Source: Eledone cirrhosa
Taxonomy: Eukaryota
Direction of reading: 5' to 3'
DNA length: 64,000 nucleotides
NCBI GenBank assembly: GCA_964016885.1
Contig: OZ024743.1
Coordinates: 4,216,001-4,280,000 of the forward strand
In this document: positions 23,912 through 37,684 of the stretch, in pieces
Position numbering within the stretch: position 1 is the first letter of the stretch
Layout: each line of letters starts with the position of its first letter
The notes under the pieces: generated by a model
The model's input: only the letters and a program-made list of their open reading frames with translations
Database searches by the model: none
Told to the model about the DNA's origin: nothing
Program-made: the position numbers and the translations under genes

Positions 23912-26179
23912 ATTATCTCTTTCTCGTCGCTTTTACTGAATGGTGATGTAACTTTTGTTCCAGTCGTGTCGCCATCCAGCATTAAGTATGTGAACCAAAA
24001 ATTTACAGTTGCTTTCCATAAATTATTTCTCCGCTAACAAGTATACTGTCTTGAACACTTATTTGTCATTGATTAATATTGTTTTTATATGAATGTTTAT
24101 TCTACTAATCCTTCGTGCTTTGGAACGGATGACATTGTAGTTTGTTCTAGCAACAATGTCATGCCACACAGAAAGATAATATATCGGTTGAATTATGAGG
24201 CAGATGCTGATTACATGTCTGATATGTATAATTATCGGTGGCATTTTGGAATTACAACTTCTACACTGATACATTTTTTTTGTTAGTACTTTGTAGTTTA
24301 ATCGACTATCGAATTGCTTTTGCATAATCTTCGAAATGTGATAATATTTAATGATCATTAGTTCTAGAGAGACACTTCTTGTCAATATTGACATAATGCT
24401 CTAGTAAACACACTGACAAATGACAATTTGTTGATATGTAGAAAGTTTATCTTCCAAATCTTTGAGATTAATCTCGAATTTCGAGAGTTTAAGCATACCT
24501 ACATCATTGTTGAAGAATTCATTTCCATCCTGGAAGATGTTCTAACTACTGAGCAACTGACTGACTCAACCCTTTCTTTTCTACTATTGTTTACGATATA
24601 CTGTCTGGTCGACTCCACAGGGTTTTTCTTACGATAGAAATTCTTGATAGCATTATTTCTGGTGAAGTTAGGATCCTCGGTAATGTATACTCAATGACTC
24701 ACATTTTAGCTATATTTTTTTCAAGTATCCGTAAAGTCACTACCGGTGTACATGCATTGTAAGATATTAATGTGCTTTAAATAAAATAGCTTTTTCCTAT
24801 GTATGTTTGTATCTTTTCTACCTAGATAGTCATAGCTCACATATGAAAAGGTTGGAGATGCCGATGTTATCAATATTTTTTTCTTCCGCGAATTCTTTAT
24901 CCACCATTTCCGCTCATACGTTAGTGTTATTAATTTACACCCAAATTTTTATCACAGTGCCTTTCATTCATACGCCTACATAAGCTGTTGTTGATGTGTG
25001 GTTGTTAGTTAAGATGGTGTCTAAGTATCGAATTTTGTGGCGCACATTGTTAACATTTCCCTCTATTGACCTAAGTTGTGAAATTCCGTTATTACTCATA
25101 GGGAAGACATACTATAGATTTGTTTTCGTAATGTTAACAACTGCATGTAAACCAACATTCGCTGTCTAATATTTATCTAATGGTGAATAAATATAATGAG
25201 TACTACGTTTTTGTGGTGCTGCTGTTGATGTTGAGGACGATGAAACGAACTATTTACACACTATCGCTTTCTCCTGGTGTAGATTTTGATTCATTTTGAT
25301 AGGTTTTAGGATTTCACTAACATTTGCTATATTTTGTACCAATATTATTTTAACAATTTCATATAGCCTTTAGAAATATGTTCAAATCTTTTCTATTAGC
25401 AATGGAATAAATCTTGATTTAAGAATGAATTCCAAGTGAAGTGAATATAATACGTATGATGTCTTAGATAGCACACGTATTTTTTAGTACTGTTATAGTT
25501 GTTGCTATTGGTGTCTGCTATGATAGTTCAAGTGAATTTCAATGAGAAGTGCATTTTATCTTATCCCGTCTGAATAATAATGTTTTAATGGATAAAAGGT
25601 GTTTCTTTTGTATGTAACAGAAAAACGTGAGTTACGAATCAAGAATGGTTTTGATTAGCTTAATTATAGAGAATAGAATTCAAATCACATGTTTGATTCA
25701 CCCCTACGCATATACGTTTATTGCTAACGGTGCAATCTTGTGTATATTTAGATAAGTTATCTTACATTTTAAATTCTTTGAATTATTCTTATAAAGAAGC
25801 AGGCAGTTTATGCATACGTGTGTATGAATGTATGTAAGTACGTACCTACATACTTATGTATATGTATGCATATGTGCGAGCGTTTGTGTAAACGAAGCAA
25901 CATTGAATGGAACTATGTGAGTTGATTAGATTATAAGGAATAAGTGAAGAAATTCTGAAGACATTTGCTGCTCCGTTCCCATGATTGTCACAACACACTC
26001 TTCCACTAATGATTAACGTAGCAATAGCAATGTTAAAAAAATATAAAAAAATAGAACAGCAACGTCACCAGCTTTGTCCTTAGATGAGGTATGATATTTA
26101 TCTTTGTGTTTGATTATTTTAGATATGACCAAATAAAGATCCTTTTTGAAAATACCAAATTAATGATGTCTACAACTAA

Positions 26180-26511
26180 TCTAATCATCTACTAATCATC
26201 TACTTGTGTATTTGTCCGTAACGCAGGAGAGATCACTAAGGAAGGAAGGGGTCAATACCTAGACTAAGGAAGGGAGGGGTGATTATGTCGACAGAGGAAG
26301 AGATGGGTGGTTACGTCGACTGAGGAAGGAAGGGGTGATTACGTCGACAGGAGTGTGTTTGTATGTTTGCATCACTTTTGTGAGGGAGCGTGAAGGAACC
26401 AGCCAATCAACCAATCAAGCAACCAACCAACCAACAAAAAAAGATGTCTTTTTTATATTATGTATAGATATTGCAATTAGCCGTCCTTTTTTACAGCACG
26501 GGGCCAGCTAG
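26180..26511 (+). mobile_element. Non-autonomous Helitron-like element
   Basis: 5' TC start (exact position uncertain) and 3' ccgt..gcacgg hairpin followed by CTAG|T. Internal ~28-bp tandem repeats (gactgaggaaggaaggggtgattacgtc). Confidence 0.6.
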
Positions 26512-28477
26512 TATAATAATAATTGTTCACTTGAACAAAACAACTATCGATATTGTAAGCATCAGTATTGCTAAAATGATTTTTTTTAAACCACTTCATC
26601 TGTTCAAAGTTTTATTCTTATGTTGTTTTATTTATAGTGCCAAGTATGAGGAAATCGTGGTGTGTCATGATTGCAAAATAGTTTCCATTTCTTGCTTAAG
26701 CAATTCCTCCAAGTCTTTGCAATTAATACCTATGATGAAACGGCACTATCACATTTTCCAAGACACAATACTTTATAACCCTTAGAACTTGTGTCTAAAG
26801 AAAAGCATCATTCAGAAGAATTTTTTTTTATTTTTTAATATTGCATAAATATCTAGTTCTAAGCATTAATATTTGTATGGGCAGAATCGCTTTCTGTTCC
26901 AACTCTCCATAGTCTAAGTTCAAATCACTTCCCCGCAAACATTGCCTTTTATCTTTTTGGATACTAGTGTCAATATAATCGATTTTTCGATGCTCCTAAA
27001 TGTCCGTCCTCGTACCTTTTGTAGGAAACTAATATCTAGTGAGAAACGTGGAAAACACCATAGAGCATGAAATCAGCTCGAAGCAAGAATATGTAGTGTC
27101 GCGTCGGAAATTATTACATTTCATATATATTTTTCCTTTTTTTATTTTTTAAAAAAGGTGAACATTTCAGATATTTTTTATACAAACAACACTTTTAATT
27201 ATAAATCTTTCATTCATAGTAAAAGAAAATAATAGTTAATTCCAAAGAAACTAATATAACAACATTGTACAGTGTAGGGTAAGATTAAGTGCCTCGTTTA
27301 ACTTTACTTCCTAGTTACGGTAATAATTCTCTTATAAAACCTGAGCCTATCAGCCTGCCTTATATAATTCAAGGCCCCATTGTTCTTAAAAATAAAAAGG
27401 AGGTTTACAAGAAATATGCACCATGTAGTGAAAATTAAGATCCTGGCAAACAATAACTGAGTTTTATCCTGATTGAAGAAAATACTAATTATTCATGTAT
27501 AGGTGGAGTATTGATTTCTCGCAAATTTTGAATAAGTATAGAGATGATTAGAGCGATAGTGATACTTAAAAGAAATTCTCGCTATCCAGAAAGAGATCAC
27601 GTTGTAAATCAAATAAAATCGTTCCTGTTATGCTATCTACAATCCATCTTGAGTAAAAAAATTAAATTTTAGATAGCCTATCTTGTCGTTTCGTTTCAGT
27701 TTTTAAGATATATCTGTTTTCCTTGAGAATTCAGATTTGAATTCGGCCTTTGTTTTTTTGGGGTTTTTTTTTATCACATGATGTATTATCTTCTTTCTTA
27801 ACTATTCCAATATAGATTTATTTTTTCCTTTCCTTTTGCTTTATTTTTTTTAGTTAAAGCAATCACTTTAGCTAAACATAAACTAATATATCGCTAGGTG
27901 CTACATATAAAAACGGTAATTGATTTTTTCCTTAAAGATCGCATGATAAAATAAATTTATTCCATTTGCTAATGTCAACTTTGTGAATCACGACTACTGC
28001 AGCACTTGATGTTACCAATAATGTGAAAACTGCGCTAGTTATGTTAGATCAATATTTTGATGAATGGTTTAAGACACGTCTTTCTTTGTAATTAAAGATA
28101 AGTATACGAAAGAAGCTCACATATATACAAATATATGCCCACATAAAACGATCGGACAAAAACATACACACAGACACACAAACAAATAAAAATATAGTAA
28201 AACGTGACTCAGAAATAACATGAAAACACGACAAATGGCTAGGATAACCTATTTAACAATTGTATGTATTTGTGTAGATATACGTGTATAAGCATTCACC
28301 CACACAAGTACACAGACTCAAATACATACAATACATACAAATACATACACACACACGGATGCACACAAATACACAGGCACACACACATATTTATATATAT
28401 TGGAAAATAGTCTTAATGATTTAACGAAACATCTATTGATTTAATATATTTGTGTGTGTGTGTGTATATATTTATAT

Positions 28478-28552
<75 letters not shown>

Positions 28553-28574
28553 CATACATACATACATACATACA

Positions 28575-28610
<36 letters not shown>

Positions 28611-28620
28611 TATACACACA

Positions 28621-29343
28621 TATCGCTATTAGCTTTCTCCGATAATGTATTTATTTATTTACTCTTGAAGCAACGGATATGAACTTCCCGATATAAGGTT
28701 TGACTCTCTTTGTTTATTTTTATATATGAATATTGATTGTTTCTTGTATCTCATTCTGTTATTTTGCCCGAGAAAATATCTGTGTCATCAAATGATGTAC
28801 AGATATGGGTATTTTTTAAATTTCCAATTGAGTACTAGCACGTGGCTTGAATTCCTTTTAGAATTCATTGTCCTGCGCATGTATTGTTTTTTGGCGGTAA
28901 TTCTCCTTCCTCCTTTTTTGAGACAGTTTGAGAATTTCTTTAGAACCGCTGGGCTAGCAACCTAGCAGCTACCTCAAGCACTGATGGTGATTATCGCTAA
29001 ATATTGATGTTGATTTGACTATCAATATTAATGTTATTGGGCAGCCACTGAAGAATTATAAGAGCCGACTTGAATAAGTATCTGTTGATCTTATACAAGC
29101 TTCTACATAACTTGGTATAATTTCACCCAACTTGTAGGAATCTTATAATGAAACGAGACGTCCGTCTGGGAAGAGATATATTTGATATATCTCATATGAA
29201 ATAATACAGCCAATGTTCCACACAATACAATTAGTTAGCACCCCGAACGTTTAGGAATATACTCAGGTATTTCCTAATATTTGATGAGTGAGTTAGGATT
29301 TGGCCGGAGTATCGCTATTAGCTTTCTCCGATTATGTATTTAT
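28621..29343 (+). mobile_element. Non-coding HHR element with 34-bp terminal direct repeat (689-bp period)
   Basis: tatcgctattagctttctccgat(a/t)atgtatttat at 28621 and 29310. HHR at 29042-29168. Microsatellite on both sides. Confidence 0.72.
29042..29168 (+). ncRNA. Hammerhead ribozyme with long helix II; helix I partly decayed
   Basis: CTGAAGA-attataaga...tcttataat-GAAA-cgagacg-TC-cgtctg. Confidence 0.65.
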
Positions 29344-29496
29344 ATATATATATATATATATATATAAAGTAGAAGGGGTTATTTAATTTGTTGGAAATCC
29401 GACAAATATAAATATAAATGTTTATAACTGATGTAGAGCACTCAACAGTTTCAATGATATTAAATAAATGGAAACTATTTTTATAAAACCATATTT

Positions 29497-29557
29497 ATTT
29501 TATTATATATATTTCAAGGGTACCAAAAGACTTTGGTACGCGTTCTTCAGATAAAAT
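29497..29557 (-). ncRNA. Minimal hammerhead ribozyme
   Basis: attttat-CTGAAGA-acgcgtaccaaa-gtct-tttggtaccctt-GAAA-tatata-TA-ataaaat. Confidence 0.8.
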
Positions 29558-29846
29558 ACAAAATTTGTTTTAAAAATAGAGACATATCCAGGAAAATAAT
29601 ACTTTATCAGTTGGATATTCTTTGGATAGTGGAAATGTATTAGGGATTTTTCAAATTTATGGGTGAATAAGCAAATGAATATGTAAATAATTGAAAAACA
29701 ACCGTTTATTTAAACGACTATGGAGAGAAAGAAGAGAGAAGAGAATAGTGAGAGGGGAGAGAGAGAGAGAGGGGGGAGAAGAAGAAGAAGGAAAAAACTG
29801 AAGATGAATAAAAACATAAAAAAAGAAGAGAGAAGAAGGACAAAAT

Positions 29847-29924
<78 letters not shown>

Positions 29925-30804
29925 AGGAAAAACCGAAGATGAATAAAAACTTATATAACGTAAATTTGAGGGAAATATATTCGGACAATTACGTATGTTT
30001 ATATGTAAATATATATCTTAATATTATGTGTATTTATATTAATTGTTTAAAATTTGTTTATAATATAATATTTTTCATTCGTTTATAAGTAGATAAATAA
30101 ATAAATAAATAAATAGGTGGGTATATCATGTTATAGATATTTGTTCAAATGAGTTATGAGGGATATTGGTTTTGTATTTTATGTAAATAAATATGTATTT
30201 ATAATTGAGAATAATTTAAAATTAAAATTAAATCAAATTAAATTAAATTTAGTTAACTAAGTTAAGTAAGAATATTTATAATTATATGATTTAAAAGGGA
30301 AGACAAGGAAAAAACTCCGGTTTTATTTATTTATTTGTTAGTGTGAAACAATTTAGTCAAAATAACTATAGATGTTTAAGATACATATAGCCAGAATCAG
30401 TTAGTGGTTATTAATCTATTGAAAAAATATTGAAAAATTATTGAGAAAATATTGAAAAGATATATTGAAAAAGTATATTGAAAAAATATATTAAAAAATA
30501 TTGAAAAGGATATTGAAAAAATAAAAAATAAAATTTTAAAAACCTTGAGAAAAATTTTGAAAAAATCTGAGAAAATCTTTAAAAAGTCCTTTCAAAAAAA
30601 TTTGTTTAAAGATAAGTAATTTTTAAAGAAATAAAAAATTATTCAAATTAAAAAAAAAAAAAAAAAATTAGAATTATATACGTATATGTTATATGAACAT
30701 TTTTAAGACGTAGAAGTACAACAAATGTTAGAGATATTATGATTTAGAGATATCAATATATTAAAACCAAGTAGATGAGATTAATAGGAATATTATAAGT
30801 ATAA

Positions 30805-32125
30805 TTATAAGTTATATATAGTTCTGAATGTTGAAATCTGGCGATGTCTACAAGAATTAAATAAATTCGTTCTTAGATTAATTGAGTTTTTACAGTTAAG
30901 TATATAAAAAATTTCCTCAATACACAATTTGCAGAATCTGGATAGAGCTGTGTTTCGTTATGCGGGTGCTCTTGAAACTGTTTCCCAAGCTAATGAATAG
31001 TCTATATTCTTGCATGGTAAGTTCCATATCAGGTTTAAAAGAGAAGTTGAAGATGTTTTATCAAATCTTCGGAAAGAAAAATTGTGGTTATTCCAGCGAC
31101 TTTTAAATTATGAAGAAGTTGCACCGACATAATTAAATATATTATCACTAGTTTAACTGTGCATTTATAGACCACGTTTTTATCTAAACACTTATTTTGT
31201 AAAGGACAGTTTGATTTAATTCTACAGTTACATTTTGCGGAGTTGTTGTTGCTCGGAACGGTACTCTTAGGTTGGATATTGCTAGAATTATTACTGCTAT
31301 TTTGGTTATTTTGGTTAGGGTTTAAATTTAAGTTTCTATTATTAATTTTGTTTATATTTTGTGCTATGGTCATAGTAGTAGAGTAGGATAGTTTTATAGT
31401 ATGTCTGTTAAAGATTGAGTGGTATCTGTGGGCTTTAGGAAAACATTTGTCTAGTGCTTTAAAGAATAGCTTTGCTAAAGGTGTTTTAACGCTTAATGAG
31501 AATGGGGATGAATACCAAATAATATTTCTAGTTCTAGTTCTGTTAGTTTTAGAGTTTAAGTTAAATATTTTTATTAATATTATAATTAATAGTAGGGTGA
31601 TTTGCCTTATTATTGTTGTCGATGTATTTAATCTTATTTATATACCCAGCTCTATTTAAAGCTTCATTATAATATTCTGCCTTATCATCAAAAATGTTTT
31701 TATTAGCGGAGATGCGTGAAATCCGTTGCTAGACACAATTGACAATAGTGTTCTTAATAGATCTAGGATGATTAGAGTTAAAACTTACATAGTTTAGATT
31801 CTCATTAATTTTATGGACTGGATAGTAGAGCCCTGTGCTAAGGTTTAATATTACGTCTAAAAGGTTAACGATTTTATAATTATTCTCTATTTCTAACTTA
31901 AGGTTGTAGTTATTGAAGAATTGTATTATGGATTTTCTTTTCCTATTAATTTCACAATTACTATGATTTTCAATTAAAAGCAGCATATCATCACCATATA
32001 AGCCACCGATCATCTCTGGTAATTTTCTATGCAGTGTATTATTAATAAATAACCCCACAAGATCCGTTATTTGCGCCGAGTCGGATGATCCCATGGTGAT
32101 ATCAAAATTATTTATTCTATCGACA
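30805..32125 (-). pseudogene. PLE RT (motif B onward) + GIY-YIG, frameshifted
   Basis: FDITMGSSDSAQITDLVG, LYGDD (vs LYRDD), SNHPRSI, IIWYSSPF, CNCRIKSNCPL, VVYKC, CRH. Contains stops and frameshifts. Confidence 0.9.
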
Positions 32126-32695
32126 CTTGTAGTATTTTTACTTAACTTAGTTAATTTAATTTAGTTTAATTTAATTTTAATTTTAAATTATTCTCAATTT
32201 TAAATACATATTTATTTACATAAAATACAAAACCAATATCCCTCATAACTCATTTGAACAAATATCTATAACATGATATACCCACCTATTTATTTCTTTA
32301 TTTACTTATAAACGAATGAAAAATATTATATGATAAACAAATTTTAAACAATTAATATAAATACACATAATATTAAGATATATATTTACATATAAACATA
32401 CGTAATTGTCCGAATATATTTCCCTCAAATTAACGTTATATATGTTTTTATTCATCTTCAGTTTTGTTCCTTCTTCTCTCTCTGTCTCTCTCTCTCCCTC
32501 TCACTATTCTCTTCTCTCTTCTTTCTCTTCATATCGTTTAAATAAACGGTTGTTTTTCAATTATTTACATATTCATTTGCTTATTCACCCATAAGTTTGA
32601 AAAATCCCTAATACATTTCCACTATTCAGAGAATATCCAACTGATAAGGTATGATTTTCCTGGATATGTCTCTATTTATAAAACAAATTTTGTAT

Positions 32696-32752
32696 TTTAT
32701 CTGAAGAAAGTGTACCAAAGTCTTTTGGTACCCTTGAAATATATATAATAAA
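32696..32752 (+). ncRNA. Minimal hammerhead ribozyme (inverted arm copy)
   Basis: tttat-CTGAAGA-aagtgtaccaaa..tttggtaccctt-GAAA-tatata-TA-ataaa. Confidence 0.8.
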
Positions 32753-32775
32753 TATAGTTTCCATTTATTTAATAT

Positions 32776-32818
<43 letters not shown>

Positions 32819-33384
32819 AGAGAGGGGGAGATAGGAAGGTAGAGGGAGAGAAGGAGAGACTGGTAGATAGATACTTACATGCACACATATATACATATTT
32901 ATAGTACGCAACGCATAGAGATTATTTCATACTGTCGACTGCCCTAGCTACCTAGCGGTTACCGGTGTTGTAACAGTTATTTGGTGTGTGCGAGGTGGAG
33001 TATTCCTGGTGTTTCATGCACGTTTGAATGATTAGAGACCAAAGACCAAAGAGGAATTTTGTGCAAGGTTTCCATAGTTCACTTCTAGCATTAAGGCAGT
33101 CGTTTTTATCTAATTAGCTCTTCTCAGTGCTTTCGAGTCAGCATTTCGTTATTCCGTAGATATAAGGTTTGCATCCTTCTGCCATCTTTCTGCTGATTTC
33201 TTGTTTCACAAAGTCTTCTTTTAGTTTCGATAACTAAACTTTAATATTTCTTCTAAATGTATTATTTCTACTTTTATAACTATTAAATCTGCTACTCTGA
33301 GAAAACAAACGCTTTCGATTTGCTTACATTATTTAAGTGGTGGTGTTTATATATATATATATATATATATATACTCACACACAC

Positions 33385-33456
<72 letters not shown>

Positions 33457-33459
<3 letters not shown>

Positions 33460-33640
33460 CGAAGGAAATGTGGTAAGGAACCAGGTGGACCATAACGCAC
33501 CAAAATACTCAATACTTAGGGTAGTAGAGTGGGTAATAGGAACGAGTAGGCTAATTCTGGACTAAAAAAAAAATTTTTTTTAGTCCAGAATTAGCCGTCG
33601 AAACGGCTTGAGCTCAGCCGTCGGGGTCCTACTCGTTCCT
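33457..33640. mobile_element. Mini fold-back element, family E copy 1
   Basis: ggaacgagtagg/cctactcgttcc inverted repeat with nested hairpins and an HHR 3' half (GAAA-cggct..agccg-TC). Second copy at 43403-43565. Confidence 0.75.
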
Positions 33641-33768
33641 ATATATATATATATATATATATATTAAGACTCCAGTTGCATTTTCGATTTCATCTCTTTT
33701 TCTTTATACTTTCACTCGTGTAGGACACCTCGGTTATTTTTCATTTTGTAAAAAAAACCTCACTTTCT

Positions 33769-33836
<68 letters not shown>

Positions 33837-33890
33837 TAAACAAATAATGAATAAAACAATGAAACAGTTCCTTATATTAAACAAAAAAAG

Positions 33891-34045
33891 TTCATTATTT
33901 AACGATCGTTTCTAGGATATATATGTGTTAGAATTGGCATGCATATTCAACAGATCTATGTACAAAATTATACAAAATTATACAAACTATCAAGATTAAA
34001 TATACATACCAAACACACATATACGCCGTCTTCAGAAATAATGAA
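33891..34045 (-). ncRNA. Hammerhead ribozyme (inverted copy of 42979-43133)
   Basis: Reverse complement of the right-arm motif. Confidence 0.75.
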
Positions 34046-34666
34046 ATATATTTATTGATAATAACAACAATTCAAAATTTCAGGTCCGTTTGGGAACAAA
34101 ATTGACCAATGAAAATACAAAAGGTTTTATGCAGTTTGGCGTGTGTATATACATGTAACTACCCCGTACACATATTTATACAAAGATGTATGCTCAACAT
34201 GCATACGCATGCCAAAAAGATGCATGCAAATACAAAATTTCAAGGTTAATGTCTCTGTAAGTTTATAATGCACAGATAAGATGCGTATAGACACATAAAT
34301 ATGAAATAAGTGTATACACATATTCTCATACTCACACATATCCGTACACTCACACACACGCGCGCGTATATGCATAAACATACACATAATTACGAACATA
34401 CATACACACACACACCCCCACACACATATATATATGTGGATATAATATTATCATAAGCACATGGATATTAATTCACTCACATAAACACTGCCACACACAT
34501 TTAGATCAAGATACAGAAATTAGGTGGGAGGGGTGGAGAGGTCAGTACTCAACGGTTTGGGCAGACTGCTTATTTATAGATGTATCTATAAACTAAGAAA
34601 TAAAAAATAAAAATTAAAAAGGAAAGAAAAGAAAAAGAAAAAAGAAAAAAGAAATATATCAAGAAA

Positions 34667-34745
<79 letters not shown>

Positions 34746-34833
34746 CACACATCTACACTTAGAACACACATACACACACATATATAAACATATACATATA
34801 CACACATACACACATATACACACATACATATAA

Positions 34834-34866
<33 letters not shown>

Positions 34867-35381
34867 TACACATATAATCACACATACATATATAGACACA
34901 CATATATATACACATACACGCACATATACATACACATACATACTTATATACATACAGATATACACATACATACCTATATATACACACAAATACATACAGA
35001 CATACATACATACATACACACAAATACTTACGCATCCATATATCGGTATATACATACAAACACCACTACACTCTCACACAACTCAGACATACAAAGAAAA
35101 AGGTATATACCTATACACATATACACATACAAATAGAGATACATATACATATATATATATATATACACATATATATATATATATATACATACACATATAC
35201 ACACATATATATACATACACATACATACATGTACTCACACATACATATACATACATACACACATACACACATACATATATAGTCATACACACACATACAC
35301 CTACACGAACATACACATACACATATATAAAGATATATATACACACGCACACATACACACACACACATATATATAAAATAA

Positions 35382-35460
<79 letters not shown>

Positions 35461-36017
35461 CACATATACATAGACATATATGTACATACATACACATACA
35501 TACATACATATACACACATATATATATATATATACACACATAGACACATACATACATACACACACAACATACATACACACACATATATACTCATACATAG
35601 ACATAGATATATATTCATACATACATACGCACTTACATATACTCATATATACAAATACATACGCATCCATATATGCGTATATACATACAAACACCACTAC
35701 ACTCTCACACAACTCAGACATACAAAGAAAAAGGTATATACATATACATATATACACACAATAATAGAGATACATATACACATATATATATATATATATA
35801 CACATACATCTATATATATACACCCACACACACATACAACCATAAACACACATACAAACACACACATACACACATATATACATACATATATATACACACA
35901 CACAAAAAAAACACACATACACATATATATTTTTTTACACATATATATACATATATATACATATACACACCCTCACATATACACACATACACATAAGTTA
36001 TATTATAATAATAAATA

Positions 36018-36048
<31 letters not shown>

Positions 36049-36081
36049 CGAATATAGACATATATACACACATAGATATAC

Positions 36082-36117
<36 letters not shown>

Positions 36118-37114
36118 TCACATATATATGTGCGCACACGTACATATATACACATACACACATATACACATAAACATATACATGTGCATACATGTACATA
36201 CACACATATAGCCACATAGATACGAAGATAGACATATATATAGAGAGACATACATATATATACACATATATATATACACATACATACACACATATATATA
36301 TATATATATACACACACACATACACGCCCACACACATATACACATATACACATATATATATATATACATATACACATATATATACACATGCATATATACA
36401 CATATATATATATATACACACATATATATACACACAATCTTACATTCTTATTTGCATGCGCATATATGTATTTTTATATTCAGATATAAATACCCAAACA
36501 TATATACACCTACCTACATATATATTCATACATACACGCTTACAAACACAGATGATAATAGTATGGGGGAAAGGGGGGGGGGGTTGGAGAAGGGGATTAT
36601 AGTAAATATATGTTTCAAGAAACATAGAATATTATCTGTATCTGGATCCCAATATATGTTTTTACATAGTTTCAGTGTTAGGAAATACAAGAAATAAGGC
36701 AAAATTATGCATTTCAAAATAAGTATACCATTAATTATATGTTAACTAAACTAAAGATAGTTAACATATTGATTTCTAAGGTGTAAATTAGTTAGGTTTA
36801 TAATATTTGAAGCAGAATTTTGAAGTTAAATAGTAGTAGAGTATTAATTATAGTATAACTAAATTAAAGTTATTAACGTTATGGTATCAATATTAGGAAA
36901 TGAATTTAGTAATAGGGAAAAAACAAATAAAGTATTACATCGGTAGTAGAATATACATTATAGGTTAACTAAATTAAAAATTATATATTAATTTCTATAG
37001 TATATGTTAATTAGGTATATAATAAATAAAACAGATATTGTATTTTGTCAATAGCAGAATATAATTATATGCAAATAGAAATCAAAATTAATACATATAC
37101 ATATACATATACAT

Positions 37115-37169
<55 letters not shown>

Positions 37170-37684
37170 TACATACACATACATATACATACATACATAT
37201 ACATATTTTTTCAAAAATTGCAAAGAATATATTAACTAGGTATACATCCAAAACACATCCCATTCTATGATTACATGACACTCTGCAATCCGTCTGTATA
37301 AGGATACTAATTTTAAGCCAATTAAATTAAATTTTTAGGTTGACTAAATTTAAAACCAAATTATAAATATATTTCTAAAATGTATATTAATTAGGTCTAT
37401 AATACTAAAAATTATTTCTCTGTCATTGGATACACGATATTTTGTTATATTTTATCTGTAAAGGAATTTTAATAAAAGGTTTAAATAAATTAAAATTAAT
37501 CTATAAATTAAATTACTAAGTATATATTAGTAATATTTAAAGGTTTTTCACAATTTATGATTACACAATATTTTATATTCTCATCTGTAGTAGAATTTTA
37601 ATTAAATTAAATTTATAGGTTAACTAACATTTAAATTAAATTAATTTCTAAAATAATGTTATTAATTAGGTTTATAATATTTAA

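Larger units (their letters stand above)
29367..32780 (-). mobile_element. Penelope-like element, 5'-truncated, with inverted pLTR copy at its 5' end
   Basis: RT/EN remnant at 30805-32125. 29453-30273 is inverted at 32133-32780. HHR in both arms, (TA)n flanks. Confidence 0.92.

Noticed and set aside
24000-25400. Possible ancient LINE remnant on the minus strand (also ~14600-15240)
   Set aside because: Only faint motif echoes with many stops; cannot be supported without a profile search.
26235-26350. CRISPR-like ~28-bp repeats (also 21-bp repeats at 23233-23290)
   Set aside because: Head-to-tail minisatellites with no unique spacers, in eukaryotic context with no cas genes.
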